Positions 28,166 to 38,133 of a stretch of 64,000 bases of DNA are shown in pieces. This DNA comes from Gemmatimonadota bacterium (GTDB taxonomy: Bacteria; Gemmatimonadota; Gemmatimonadetes; Palauibacterales; KS3-K002): contig JBDHJS010000010.1 of NCBI GenBank assembly GCA_039586795.1, positions 1 to 64,000 on the forward strand, written 5' to 3'. The notes under the pieces are model-generated. The model did no database searches. It was not told where the DNA came from and saw only the letters and a program-made list of their open reading frames with translations. The position numbers and the translations under genes are program-made. Position 1 is the first letter of the stretch. Every line of letters starts with the position of its first letter.

Positions 28166-29044
28166 ATGGACCTGTATCGCAAGACGACTCCCTGCCTTTT
28201 GGCGATCGCTGCCTGTAGCCCCTCGAGCCAAGGGGCGGTGCAATCGCCCGAAGTCGATCGCATCCTGAGCGACGCCAGGTACGAATGGGTCACCACCGAG
28301 ACGGCCGGAATGAGAATCCACTTCCCAACTGGCAGCTTTGCGGATGCGAACCGGGACAGCGTGACGCGCCGCGCCGAATCCTCAAGGAGCCACGTCCTTC
28401 GCCGTCTCGATGTCGCCGCTTACCCTAGCACACTCCAGCTGATCTACATTGACAGTCGCGATGACATGGAGCGGCTGATCGGGAGTCCCGTGACCGGGTT
28501 TGCCTACTACGGAGAAGACGCGGTGGTGCTGGTCTTCAACGCGGATTGGCGCGCCTTCGAACGTCACGAACTCACGCACGTTGTCACGCTCCGAACCTGG
28601 GGGCGTGCCGCCGGAGCCGCTTCCGTGGAAGGCCTGGCCACGTTTGTCGATGGGGAATGCGGTGGCTACGAGAACGGTAGGGTGGCGCGGACCATTTCTG
28701 ACGAAGGCTCGCTGATCGAGCTGCGGACTCTTGTACGCGAGTTCCGCACGCAGAACGATCTGATCGCGTACTTGCAGGCCGCGGCTCTCTTCGAGTTCAT
28801 GCACGACCACCTTGGCGCTGGCGCCCTACGATCTCTTTGGACAGAAGGCCTGGGCAGCGCGCCAAGCCTGCTACAAATCTCGCCGGAGGAGTTGGAGCAG
28901 CAGTTTCAGGAGTGGCTCTCGGCAAGCTATGACCCGCTTCCGGAATTCGCGTGGCAGAAGATCAGGTCAGACGGATGCGGCATCACTGCTCATTCCGAAG
29001 GGCGACGCGCCGACGACACTGGAGATGGAACTGGCCTGCAATAG
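28166..29044 (+). CDS. Lipoprotein, putative gluzincin metallopeptidase
   Basis: IAAC lipobox; HELTH (HExxH) followed by EGLA. Confidence 0.6.
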   Translation: MDLYRKTTPCLLAIAACSPSSQGAVQSPEVDRILSDARYEWVTTETAGMRIHFPTGSFADANRDSVTRRAESSRSHVLRRLDVAAYPSTLQLIYIDSRDDMERLIGSPVTGFAYYGEDAVVLVFNADWRAFERHELTHVVTLRTWGRAAGAASVEGLATFVDGECGGYENGRVARTISDEGSLIELRTLVREFRTQNDLIAYLQAAALFEFMHDHLGAGALRSLWTEGLGSAPSLLQISPEELEQQFQEWLSASYDPLPEFAWQKIRSDGCGITAHSEGRRADDTGDGTGLQ

Positions 29045-29064
29045 CTAACTGAGTGAGCTTTGAG

Positions 29065-29340
29065 ATGCGAGCAATGCTATGTCGGAACCGAGTAAAAGAC
29101 TACGCGAGATGGAGGAGTGTGTTCGATTCCCATGCCGCGGGGCAGCAGGACTCCGGACTCCGTCTTGTGAACCTCTGGCGCGACATCGAAGAACCCAACA
29201 ACGTCTTCTTCCTGTTCGAAGTCGATGATATGAACAAAGCACGCGCATTCATCAGCGCACCGGAGGCCGCCGAAGCGGGGAGAGCATCGGGCGTTATTGA
29301 TGGTGAGTGCCACTTTCTCGAAACTGCCTTGGTCTGCTGA
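29065..29340 (+). CDS. Small dimeric alpha-beta barrel (cyclase-like) protein
   Basis: VKDYARWRSVFD...PNNVF...ARAF pattern. Confidence 0.6.
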   Translation: MRAMLCRNRVKDYARWRSVFDSHAAGQQDSGLRLVNLWRDIEEPNNVFFLFEVDDMNKARAFISAPEAAEAGRASGVIDGECHFLETALVC

Positions 29341-29365
29341 CCCGGTACGACCCGACAGGTGACCG

Positions 29366-29704
29366 ATGATAGGACGTGTTTGGCACGGCTGGACGACGCA
29401 AGCGAACGCTGACGCCTACGAGCAACTACTTCGAGAAGAGATCTTCCCCGGCATCGCCGGGAAGGGCGTTGCCGGCTACCGCAGCATAGAGCTCTTTCGT
29501 CGCCCTCTCGAGTCCGGTGAGGTAGAGTTCATGACGATCATGTGGTTTGACTCGTGGGACGCCGTGCGAGAGTTCGCAGGAGAGGATTACGAGCACGCAT
29601 ACGTTCCGGCGAAGGCACGCGAAGTGTTGGCTCGGTTTGACGACCGCTCGCAACATTACGAGATCAGAGAGCAAGTCAACTACCAGGGTCCTGCTCATGG
29701 TTGA
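29366..29704 (+). CDS. Antibiotic biosynthesis monooxygenase-like protein
   Basis: MIGRVWHGWT...FAGEDY..AYVP..HYE. Confidence 0.75.
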   Translation: MIGRVWHGWTTQANADAYEQLLREEIFPGIAGKGVAGYRSIELFRRPLESGEVEFMTIMWFDSWDAVREFAGEDYEHAYVPAKAREVLARFDDRSQHYEIREQVNYQGPAHG

Positions 29705-29885
29705 AACACAGGACGACAAACGGCCGCAGAAGGAGCCGGGAAGTATGCTCGGCGTGGGCATCGCCATCGGCGTCGGAGCCGGTGTGGCCATTGGGGCGGC
29801 GCTGGAGAACATCGCCGTTGGCATTGCCATCGGCGCCGGCGTGGGCGTTGCGCTGGGAGTCGGGCTGAGCGCCAAAAGCCGCTAG
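29697..29885 (+). CDS. Small glycine-zipper membrane protein
   Basis: Duplicated GIAIGxGxGVA; overlaps the upstream stop. Confidence 0.55.
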   Translation: MVETQDDKRPQKEPGSMLGVGIAIGVGAGVAIGAALENIAVGIAIGAGVGVALGVGLSAKSR

Positions 29886-29923
29886 CCGGCCCGGCGAGTG
29901 AACCGAAGCGTGCCCGATCAGAG

Positions 29924-30916
29924 ATGACTACATCGTGCAGGCCCTGGTGGCGTAACTGCGCCCTTCAACCCGATGCCGAGATCCTGGAGATCGACGCGAT
30001 GGAGGACCGCATCGCTCCACTTGGGTCGGACATCACCGATGTCCGCGAGCTGATCTCGAGCCTTGAGCTGTGCCATCACAAAGCCAATCGATGGATCTAC
30101 AACATCTGCGTGGCGATTGGAGCGGGTGAGACACACAAAGGCCTGGGAACCCGTTCGCCGGGTCAGGATCACCCAATCGAACAGGATTGGCAAAACGATT
30201 GCGCCGCGCTGTCGGCCTGGTGCTCGGGACATCCAGCCGAAGAAGTTGATCTGTCGATCTTCAACGTGCCGGGGTCACGATTTTTTGCACTCCTAGGGGA
30301 ACGCTCGCCGCTGAAGGAGTGGCAGGTGCAACGTGTTATCGAGAAGATCCGCAGCGTCATACATTGGCCGCGGTCATTAGAAGACCCTGGGGCGCAGTAC
30401 AGATGGATTCTTCTGGGTGGAGGCGAGTACGAGACGTTCTATCGCGAGGACTGCCCCTCACACTACAAGGAGCACGAAGACTTCTGGCGAGCGACGGTGC
30501 AGACGCTGATCCACGACACGCTCGACGGGGAGGATGCAGAACTGTCATTGGGAGTTGCCATCGATATGCTGTGGCCCTGCCACTGGCGATTCGTGACGAA
30601 CCTGGAGATCGTTCTCGGAGCGATCGGCGGCGAGCTTCATCCGGCCGACCCGTTTGCAGCCTGCGGCCGGAACATCACTCTATTGCACAGCCGGGAGCGG
30701 ATGCACGCCCTCGCCAATGCGCTAGGCGCCTTCGCAGGTGGCCGAGACGACGAAGCGGATGCGGAAAGAGAGGTGCTGGCCTTACTTGGGGAGCCGACAG
30801 ACCCGAAGCGATGGCTCGCCGCGTCATTGAGCAAGACGATAAGTCTTCAGCTGCATCCACCGGCCGAGCTCCGGGCATTGTCCGCCCTGGAAGGGCCTGC
30901 CTGGATCAGGGAGTAG
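29924..30916 (+). CDS. Hypothetical protein (Cys/His/Trp-rich)
   Basis: 330-aa ORF with protein-like composition; no recognisable family. Confidence 0.55.
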   Translation: MTTSCRPWWRNCALQPDAEILEIDAMEDRIAPLGSDITDVRELISSLELCHHKANRWIYNICVAIGAGETHKGLGTRSPGQDHPIEQDWQNDCAALSAWCSGHPAEEVDLSIFNVPGSRFFALLGERSPLKEWQVQRVIEKIRSVIHWPRSLEDPGAQYRWILLGGGEYETFYREDCPSHYKEHEDFWRATVQTLIHDTLDGEDAELSLGVAIDMLWPCHWRFVTNLEIVLGAIGGELHPADPFAACGRNITLLHSRERMHALANALGAFAGGRDDEADAEREVLALLGEPTDPKRWLAASLSKTISLQLHPPAELRALSALEGPAWIRE

Positions 30917-30988
30917 ATGATATGATCACGGAATGGTGGCTGCTGGAGGTCAACCGCGGCAGAACCTTGTTCACTACAAACATGTGAG

Positions 30989-31798
30989 GTGCGATTGACC
31001 GGTCTACGTGTTTGCGTGGCAGGCGCAACCGGATGGGCGGGGGCGGCCCTGTCCCGAGGTATCCATGAAGCTTCCGACCTCGAGCTCGTAGCGGCCGTTT
31101 CCAGGACTCACGCCGGCCGTAACTTGGGAGAGGTCCTGGGACTCGACGGGCTCGCCGCGCCCGTCTTTGGAGCGGCGGTCGAGGCTCTTTCGAGTCTGCC
31201 GGACGTCTTCGTCGAGTATACAAAGCCGGATGCGGCGAAGGGACATATCATATCGGCCCTGAACTCCGGGGCGAATGTCGTAGTCGGAACTTCGGGACTG
31301 ACCGAGGCGGATTATGCGGAGATCGATGCGGTGGCGCGGGACGCTGAGCGCGGAGTGCTGGCCGCTGGCAACTTTGCCCTAACGGCCGTGCTCGCGCAGA
31401 GGTTCGCCGAGATTGCGGCGCGGTACACTCCGCATTGGGAGATCATCGACTACGCTGATTCCGGAAAAAGAGATGCGCCAAGCGGTACGACGCGCGAGCT
31501 GGCACATCGGCTGTCGAAGGTAGCGGAGTCGAAGTTGGACGTTCCTATCGAAGAAATCGACGGGCCACGAGAGAGCCGGGGCGCAAGACTGGAAGGCTCT
31601 CAGGTCCATTCCGTACGCCTGCCCAGTTACGTCCTCTCATTCGACGCCATCTTTGCGATGCCGGACCAGAAGCTCATACTTCGCCACGAGTCGGGTTCCA
31701 GCGCCGAGCCTTACGTCGATGGCTGCTTGTTGGCCATCCGGAAGGTCGGAGAGCTGGTCGGCGTTCACCGGGGTCTCGACTCCGTGATGGATTTCTGA
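30989..31798 (+). CDS. dapB: 4-hydroxy-tetrahydrodipicolinate reductase-like protein (variant active site)
   Basis: GATGWAG, VVGTSG, GNFA, KRDAPSGT, HSVRL; canonical ExHH replaced by DYAD. Confidence 0.7.
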   Translation: MRLTGLRVCVAGATGWAGAALSRGIHEASDLELVAAVSRTHAGRNLGEVLGLDGLAAPVFGAAVEALSSLPDVFVEYTKPDAAKGHIISALNSGANVVVGTSGLTEADYAEIDAVARDAERGVLAAGNFALTAVLAQRFAEIAARYTPHWEIIDYADSGKRDAPSGTTRELAHRLSKVAESKLDVPIEEIDGPRESRGARLEGSQVHSVRLPSYVLSFDAIFAMPDQKLILRHESGSSAEPYVDGCLLAIRKVGELVGVHRGLDSVMDF

Positions 31799-31814
31799 GC
31801 CAAGGGGACGGGCG

Positions 31815-32999
31815 ATGCAAAATAAGGAAGCAAAGGCGATGAGGCCCGGGACGGCATCGGTCTGGGCTGGCGAAGAGACTCACGGCGCCGGCGACTCTAC
31901 GGTTCTTCCCGTGCACCGGGGAGTGACCTTCGGCTACGAAGACCTCGAGACCTGGACCGGCGTGGCGCTCAAGCGACGAAAAGGTCACATCTATTCCCGC
32001 AATACCAATCCAACCGTCGCAGCGCTTGAAGAGAAGGTCCGGGTACTGGAAGGCGCGGCAGCGGCCACGAGCTTCGCCACGGGCATGGCGGCGATCAGCA
32101 ACACGCTGTTCGCGCTGCTCGAAAAGGGCGATCGCGTGGTCAGCATTCGCGATACGTACGGCGGGACAAACAAGATCTTCAACGATTGGCTCCCCCGTTT
32201 CGGGGTTGAAGCTGTGCTGTGCGATACGACGGATCACGACACCCTCGAGGTGGAGATCGCTACGGGCGCTCGCATGGTCTACTTGGAGAGCCCAACCAAC
32301 CCGACACTGAAGGTGCTCGACCTGAAGAGACTGGCCAAAGCCGGTCGCGCCGGCGGCGCTGTCGTAGTGGTGGACAACACGTTCGCGACGCCCATCAATC
32401 AGCGTCCGCTGGAGCTTGGGGCAGATCTCGTGCTGCATAGCGCGACCAAGTTTCTGGGCGGCCACTCCGACGCCCTTGGAGGCGTGGTATGTGGGTCGCC
32501 CGAGCTCATCCAACGGCTTTTCGAGTTCCGCGAGATCAATGGCGCCTCGCTTCACCCGGACGCCGCCTACCTCATCGCTCGCGGGATGAGGACTCTGGAG
32601 CTCCGCGTAGCACGCCACAACGCTAATGCGCAGGCGATTGCCGAGCACCTCGAACAGCACGACAAGGTCGAGTCGGTGTTCTATCCCGGCCTCCCCTCCG
32701 ACCCGGGTCACGAGATCGCGTGCTCGCAGATGACCGGTTTCGGTGGCGTCCTGGCCTTCGATCTGCGCGGCGGCCTGGATACAGTTCGCGGTTTTCTACC
32801 GCGGCTTCGCCTCGCGCATCGCGCGGCGAGTCTGGGCTCGGTGGGTACACTTGTCGGGCCGCCGTCGACGACGAGCCACGTTGAGCTGAGCATGGAAGAA
32901 CGGGCCGCCGCCGGGATCCCGGAAGGGCTGGTCCGCTATTCGGCGGGGATCGAGAACGTAGAGGATCTCATCGCCGATCTGGATTCCGCGCTGTCCTGA
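31815..32999 (+). CDS. PLP-dependent cystathionine gamma-synthase/lyase family protein
   Basis: YSRNTNPT, GMAAI, ESPTNP, VDNTFATP, SATKFLGGHSD, SLG. Confidence 0.9.
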   Translation: MQNKEAKAMRPGTASVWAGEETHGAGDSTVLPVHRGVTFGYEDLETWTGVALKRRKGHIYSRNTNPTVAALEEKVRVLEGAAAATSFATGMAAISNTLFALLEKGDRVVSIRDTYGGTNKIFNDWLPRFGVEAVLCDTTDHDTLEVEIATGARMVYLESPTNPTLKVLDLKRLAKAGRAGGAVVVVDNTFATPINQRPLELGADLVLHSATKFLGGHSDALGGVVCGSPELIQRLFEFREINGASLHPDAAYLIARGMRTLELRVARHNANAQAIAEHLEQHDKVESVFYPGLPSDPGHEIACSQMTGFGGVLAFDLRGGLDTVRGFLPRLRLAHRAASLGSVGTLVGPPSTTSHVELSMEERAAAGIPEGLVRYSAGIENVEDLIADLDSALS

Positions 33000-33031
33000 A
33001 CGCCCAAACTGAAGGACCGAGGAGGGACACA

Positions 33032-33418
33032 ATGCTAGACGCCGAAGACATGGCCGGCATCGACCGGGTTCGAGCGAACCTTCGCGACGCTATCCTGCGG
33101 GGTGATTCGGAGGCCTACGCCGAGTGCTTCACGCCGGATGCATTCGTCATGCATCAGGACGCGCCGTTCGTCCGCGGCATCCAGGCTATCCGGGAGCACA
33201 CGGAGCAGATCGTTCAGGCGGTAACGGTCAAGAAACTGGACCTGGAACCGGTGGTGGTGGCTGGTACCGATCGTCTGGCCTATGAAGTGGGCCTACAAGA
33301 GGTGGCTATCGAGCCAGCTATCGACGCCTTCAAGGCAAGGCGCAAGCACCTCCACGTTTACGAGCGTCAGGTTGATGGCACCTGGAAAATCGCGGCGGCG
33401 ATGTCGAGCAACGACTAG
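33032..33418 (+). CDS. SnoaL/DUF4440 (NTF2-like) protein
   Basis: FTPDA, VRG..AI, LAYEVG, RQVDGTWKI. Confidence 0.75.
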   Translation: MLDAEDMAGIDRVRANLRDAILRGDSEAYAECFTPDAFVMHQDAPFVRGIQAIREHTEQIVQAVTVKKLDLEPVVVAGTDRLAYEVGLQEVAIEPAIDAFKARRKHLHVYERQVDGTWKIAAAMSSND

Positions 33419-33427
33419 GTGAGAGAC

Positions 33428-33871
33428 ATGTTCAAGCTAGCTCTGTTCTTTCACATCCTCGGGGCCACGGTCTGGGCCGGCGGACATCTGGTTCTCTCTC
33501 TGACGGTGCTCCCGCGAGCGCTGCGCAAACGCGATCCGGAGATCATTAGAAGCTTCGAGGAAGGATACGAGCGGATCGGAATGCCGGCCCTGATCATCCA
33601 GATCATCACCGGTCTGTGGTTGACCTACCGCCTCCTACCCAGTCTGGGCGACTGGTTCTCCTTTGCGACACCTACGAGTACTCTTGTAGCGGTGAAACTC
33701 GCACTGCTGCTTCTCACCCTGATGCTCGCCGTGCACGCCCGGCTACGGCTCATCCCGAAGTTGACACCACAAACCCTTCCGTTGCTCGGCTGGCACGTAA
33801 TCGCCGTGACAGTCGTTGCGGTTCTGTTCGTCTTCGTGGGCGTTGGTTTTCGCACCGGCGGTCTGTTCTAG
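33428..33871 (+). CDS. CopD-like membrane protein
   Basis: HILGATVWAGG, ITGLWL, VKLALL. Confidence 0.7.
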   Translation: MFKLALFFHILGATVWAGGHLVLSLTVLPRALRKRDPEIIRSFEEGYERIGMPALIIQIITGLWLTYRLLPSLGDWFSFATPTSTLVAVKLALLLLTLMLAVHARLRLIPKLTPQTLPLLGWHVIAVTVVAVLFVFVGVGFRTGGLF

Positions 33872-33977
33872 GCAGCGCGGTGAATATTTTTAGCGTTGGG
33901 ACTGTATACAGAGTACAACGGTCAGCACAGAGAATGGGCAAGATACAAAAGAGAACCCGTTAGAGAGGTGAACTGAT

Positions 33978-34157
33978 ATGATCGAGATGCTGAGGCGAGA
34001 CGATGTCCGACCGCTGTGTCCACATTGCTCGACAGAGCTCCGCTCGGTTTGGTTTCAGCAGCTGTCGGGGTTTCTTGGAAGACGCTACATCTATTTCTGC
34101 GGGAGTTGCCGGAAAGTCCTTGGTGTATCACACCGCAAAGGGTTCTGGATGGGCTAA
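33978..34157 (+). CDS. 59-aa zinc-ribbon microprotein (absent from the ORF track)
   Basis: RBS GAGGTG; MIEMLRRDDVRPLCPHCSTELRSVWFQQLSGFLGRRYIYFCGSCRKVLGVSHRKGFWMG* with two CxxC. Confidence 0.7.
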   Translation: MIEMLRRDDVRPLCPHCSTELRSVWFQQLSGFLGRRYIYFCGSCRKVLGVSHRKGFWMG

Positions 34158-34180
34158 CAGTGCAGCGCCCGTAATCCATC

Positions 34181-34221
34181 GCGGCCTGCGGCTGACCTTT
34201 GTAGGATCGGCCGCAGGCCGC
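34181..34221. repeat. Strong GC-rich hairpin
   Basis: gcggcctgcggctga-cct-ttgt-agg-a-tcggccgcaggccgc; 15-bp arms with one G-U pair. Confidence 0.6.
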
Positions 34222-34321
34222 TGAGCTTCACCGCCGGCTGAAACCTAGACCGCCGTGCCGCGTTTAGGATAGACCAAATAACCGCGCCAACTGCCTGATC
34301 CACCAGGACACGAGAGGAATC

Positions 34322-34921
34322 ATGGTCAAGTTGCAGGAGCCCGCCATTCGCATCGCCGTGGTCTGCGGCAGCGTGCGCCCGAACAACAACACCGCGAAGG
34401 CCGTGGGAGTTCTGGTGGACGAGATGGGCCGCCGGCCCGGAGTCGAAGTCGACCTGATCGACCCGGCTAAGCTGGATCTCCAGTTCCCCGGACTCGGAAA
34501 CGGCGATGCGGACTCGGTGGCAAATCTCAGGAAGACGATCGAAGCGGCAGCGGGAGTCGTGTTGGCGACTCCGGAGTATCACGGCAGCTTCTCGAGCATC
34601 ATGAAGCTGGTGATCGAGAACCTGGGCTTCCCGTCGAAGCTCTCCGGGAAGCCGGTCTCATTGCTCGGCGTCGCCGCCGGATCGATCGGGGCGATCAAGT
34701 CGTTGGAGCAGCTGCGCTGCGTCTGTTCGCACGTTGGGGCGATCGTGCTGCCTGGGCCTGTATCGGTGGCGAACGTGCGGATGGCGTTCGACGCCGAGGG
34801 CAACTGCATGGATCCCGTGGTCGAGGAGCGAGTCCGCGGCCTGGCCGGCAGCCTGTTGGACTTCATACGGCGACACAGCTGTCCACGGATGGCGCTGGAA
34901 GCGATGGTGCGATCGGACTGA
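34322..34921 (+). CDS. NADPH-dependent FMN reductase
   Basis: GSVR, TPEYHGS, GKPV. Confidence 0.85.
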   Translation: MVKLQEPAIRIAVVCGSVRPNNNTAKAVGVLVDEMGRRPGVEVDLIDPAKLDLQFPGLGNGDADSVANLRKTIEAAAGVVLATPEYHGSFSSIMKLVIENLGFPSKLSGKPVSLLGVAAGSIGAIKSLEQLRCVCSHVGAIVLPGPVSVANVRMAFDAEGNCMDPVVEERVRGLAGSLLDFIRRHSCPRMALEAMVRSD

Positions 34922-34954
34922 GGACGGAATCTCGACCAGGAGTGCACGTGTGCG

Positions 34955-36007
34955 ATGTTATCGTCGTCTATGTCAACGAGACTGACCAACTTCACGCTTC
35001 TGCTGCTCTTCCCTGCGTTCGCCCACGGCTGCGGGCGGCCGCAGAGCGAGAGTGATACCCCGAAGAACTTCGTCTACTTCGGCCTTGACCGCGAGCGTAT
35101 TACCGAGGAGAGCTTCCTCGAATCTGAAGTGATCGTCGGCGCTCAGTTGAAGTACAGGTGGCCGGAGCTGGAGCCTCAACGCGACCACTACGATATAGAC
35201 CTTATCCTCGAAGACCTCGCCTTTCTCGAGCAACATGGCAAGCGCTTGTTCATTCAGCTGCAGGATGTGTCGTTCGACGAAGGGATCGTCAACGTGCCGC
35301 GTTATCTGCGCGAGGACCCGGCGTTCGGCGGGGGCATGGCACGCCAGTACGGGTTTGAGGGGGATGACGAATCGATGCCAATCGCCGAGGGCTGGGTGGC
35401 GCGACGCTGGGACCCCGGCGTCCGCGCCCGCTTCACCAGGCTGCTCGGCGCGCTCGGCAAAGAGCTAGACGGTCGCATCGAAGGCCTGAATTTGCCAGAG
35501 ACGGCCATCGAGTTCGGTGAGACCGGCGAGCTGCACCCTCCCGGCTTCAGCTACGAGAGCTACCTGGAAGGCGTAAAGGCGCTGATGTCCGCCGCCCGAC
35601 AGGCGTTCCCCAGCTCCCAGGTGATACAGTACGCGAACTTCATGCCGGGTGAGGCGCTACCGTGGGACGACCGTGGCTATCTGCGAAGCGTCTATCAGCA
35701 CGCGGACAGCATCGGTGTTGGAGTCGGCGGACCGGATCTGCTGCCGCATCGCGTAGGACAGCGCAGCCACAGCTACCCATTGATCGCGAACCGCGGCCCG
35801 AGCACAGCCGCCGGCCTGGCCGTGCAGTGGGGCAACCTGGACGACGTGAATCCGCACACCGGCGCCAGGGTGACCGTGGACGAGCTATACCTCTTCGCCA
35901 GAGACAGCCTTCGCCTGGACTACATCTTCTGGGGTACTCAGGAGCCGTACTACACGAGCGAGATCCTTCCCTACCTGCGCGAACTCTCCGCCGGCGCGAC
36001 TCGTTGA
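34955..36007 (+). CDS. Exported (lipo)protein, possibly glycoside-hydrolase-like TIM barrel
   Basis: Signal/lipobox AHGC; WPELEP, LPETA. Confidence 0.5.
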   Translation: MLSSSMSTRLTNFTLLLLFPAFAHGCGRPQSESDTPKNFVYFGLDRERITEESFLESEVIVGAQLKYRWPELEPQRDHYDIDLILEDLAFLEQHGKRLFIQLQDVSFDEGIVNVPRYLREDPAFGGGMARQYGFEGDDESMPIAEGWVARRWDPGVRARFTRLLGALGKELDGRIEGLNLPETAIEFGETGELHPPGFSYESYLEGVKALMSAARQAFPSSQVIQYANFMPGEALPWDDRGYLRSVYQHADSIGVGVGGPDLLPHRVGQRSHSYPLIANRGPSTAAGLAVQWGNLDDVNPHTGARVTVDELYLFARDSLRLDYIFWGTQEPYYTSEILPYLRELSAGATR

Positions 36008-36111
36008 CAGCGGGCGACCCGGAGCGCGCGGCCCGTGGACGCCGCTCGGCCCGGCGCCTATGATGTAGCGTTCGTCCGAACATCGCTGGCCAGTCCGCGC
36101 AGGAGGTCCTG

Positions 36112-36627
36112 GTGATTCCCGAGGCGCTTCATCAGCTATTCAGGCACATGGAATGGGCGGATGCGACCGTTTGGGAGTCGGTGCTCGCGAAGCCGGACGC
36201 GAAATCGGACGACCGACTGCGGGCCCTGCTCTACCACATCCATCTGGTGCAGTGGGCGTACCTGCAGATCTGGCGCGAAGAGCCCCTCGACCTTCCCGAG
36301 GAAGCCGGCTTCTCGGACCTGACCGCCATCCACGAGTGGTGTCGCAAATATCATCGGCAGGCACCACTGTATTTGGATGCAGTCGATGCCGATGACCTCC
36401 TACGACAAGTTGAATTCCCTTGGGCCGATCAGCTGGTGGAGCGCTGGGGCAAGGCTCAACCGGCGACGGTTTCCGAGACGATCCTCCAAATCACCTCACA
36501 CACCACATATCACCGCGGCCAGGTGAACACGCGATTGCGCGAGTTGGACGGTGAGCCGCCCCTGGTGGATTTCATCGCCTGGATCTGGATGGGCAAGCCC
36601 ACGGCCGAATGGAAACAAGAGACATAA
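36112..36627 (+). CDS. DinB family protein
   Basis: HMEWAD, HI, HTTYHRGQ. Confidence 0.85.
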   Translation: MIPEALHQLFRHMEWADATVWESVLAKPDAKSDDRLRALLYHIHLVQWAYLQIWREEPLDLPEEAGFSDLTAIHEWCRKYHRQAPLYLDAVDADDLLRQVEFPWADQLVERWGKAQPATVSETILQITSHTTYHRGQVNTRLRELDGEPPLVDFIAWIWMGKPTAEWKQET

Positions 36628-36631
36628 GACG

Positions 36632-37123
36632 ATGAGCAACGGTTCTCTGACTACGACTCTGGTGCTCGCCGCGTCCTTTCTGGCCATACCTTGCTGCACC
36701 ACGCAACAAGAGGAAGGTGTGCCACCGGAACTTAATGCCGCTATCGACGCCTTCTACGCAGCGGTAGAGGCTGGCGATGCCGAGGCGCACATTGCGATGT
36801 TCACCGACGATGCCATCATGATGCCCAACCACTGGACGATGGTGGAAGGGAAACCAGCGATCGCGGAGGTGATTCGGGAGGGGGCTGGTTGGGTATTCCG
36901 GCTTCGCGACCGCCAGATCGTCGACATCGACGTCAGTCGCGACCTGGCTTACGCAGTGAATTCATATTTCTACACGTACCACCCCGCGGAAGGTGAGCCG
37001 CAGTGGCACAAAACGAAGAACGTCCACATCTGGAAACGTGACGACGAAGGGCGTTGGAAACTGCACGTCGACATCTGGAACAGCGATGTGCCTATCGATG
37101 AGTTTGCAGACGAAAACGGATAG
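36632..37123 (+). CDS. DUF4440/SnoaL-like exported protein
   Basis: FTDDAIMMP, DLAY, IWKRDDEGRWK..VDIWNSD. Confidence 0.75.
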   Translation: MSNGSLTTTLVLAASFLAIPCCTTQQEEGVPPELNAAIDAFYAAVEAGDAEAHIAMFTDDAIMMPNHWTMVEGKPAIAEVIREGAGWVFRLRDRQIVDIDVSRDLAYAVNSYFYTYHPAEGEPQWHKTKNVHIWKRDDEGRWKLHVDIWNSDVPIDEFADENG

Positions 37124-37155
37124 CGCGTATTAAGACCCTGATCGTAGCCCTGCTC

Positions 37156-37605
37156 GTGTTGATGGCCTACCCCGAACTTGCGGCGGCGCAAGCGGCGTCG
37201 GCGGTCAACAGACTCGCCTGGCTGTCGGGCTGCTGGGAAGCCTCGTCCGCTTCGCAAGTGATCGAGGAGCACTGGACGGAGCCACGCGGCAACAGCATGC
37301 TCGGCATGAACCGGACAATTCGCGACGGCTCGCTGGCTAGCTACGAGCTGGTGATCATTAGAGAGGATGAAGACGGGCTGGTTTTTGAAGCGCACCCCTC
37401 CGGTCAGGCGATCGCCTATTTCCCGGCGCGCCTGGTCAGCGACACGCTGGCGGTGTTCGAGAATCCGGAGCACGACTTTCCGCAACGGATCAGCTACGCG
37501 CTGAACGGAGCGGACTCGCTGCTGGCCTGGATCGAGGGCGAGTCCGGCGGCGCGATGCGCCGGATCGATTTCGGCTACCGGCGCGTGCTTTGCCCGGGGC
37601 GCTAG
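37156..37605 (+). CDS. DUF6265-like exported protein (start uncertain)
   Basis: LAWLSGCW, EEHW, FENPEHDFPQRI.Y. Confidence 0.7.
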   Translation: MLMAYPELAAAQAASAVNRLAWLSGCWEASSASQVIEEHWTEPRGNSMLGMNRTIRDGSLASYELVIIREDEDGLVFEAHPSGQAIAYFPARLVSDTLAVFENPEHDFPQRISYALNGADSLLAWIEGESGGAMRRIDFGYRRVLCPGR

Positions 37606-37625
37606 TACACGAGGAGCGGCACGAC

Positions 37626-38129
37626 GTGAGATTCGCTTCGAAGCGCGAGTTATTGGAGAGCATCGAGAAGGAGCACCGCGAGTTCTTGGAACTGGCGGGT
37701 TCCGTGCCGAGATCGCGTTACCAGGAAGAGGGTGTATGGGGCGACGGCTGGACGGTCAAAGACCTGTTCGCCCACCTGACAGAATGGGAGCAGATGTTTT
37801 TGAGCTGGTACCGGGAGGGGCGCGATGGAGGCAACCCAGATCTTCCGGCGCCGGGCTACAAGTGGAACCAGACGCCGGAGCTCAACCTGGGGATCTGGAA
37901 GAAGCACAAACGCACTTCGGTAAGGAAGGTGCTCGAGGCATTTGACGCCTCCTATGATGAGATCCTATCAATCACCAAGGAACTCTCGTCAAAGGAGCTG
38001 TTGACGCCCGGACACTTCGCGTGGACGGGCAAGTATCCGCTAACGACGTACCTGGCGCCGAACACGTGCAGCCACTATCGAACGGCTTCAAAGATCCTGA
38101 AGCGCTGGTTGAAAGGGAACAGGCGGTAG
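37626..38129 (+). CDS. ClbS/DfsB (DUF1706) family four-helix bundle protein
   Basis: SKRELL, VKDLFAHL.EW, PAPGYKWN, SHY. Confidence 0.8.
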   Translation: MRFASKRELLESIEKEHREFLELAGSVPRSRYQEEGVWGDGWTVKDLFAHLTEWEQMFLSWYREGRDGGNPDLPAPGYKWNQTPELNLGIWKKHKRTSVRKVLEAFDASYDEILSITKELSSKELLTPGHFAWTGKYPLTTYLAPNTCSHYRTASKILKRWLKGNRR

Positions 38130-38133
38130 AGCA

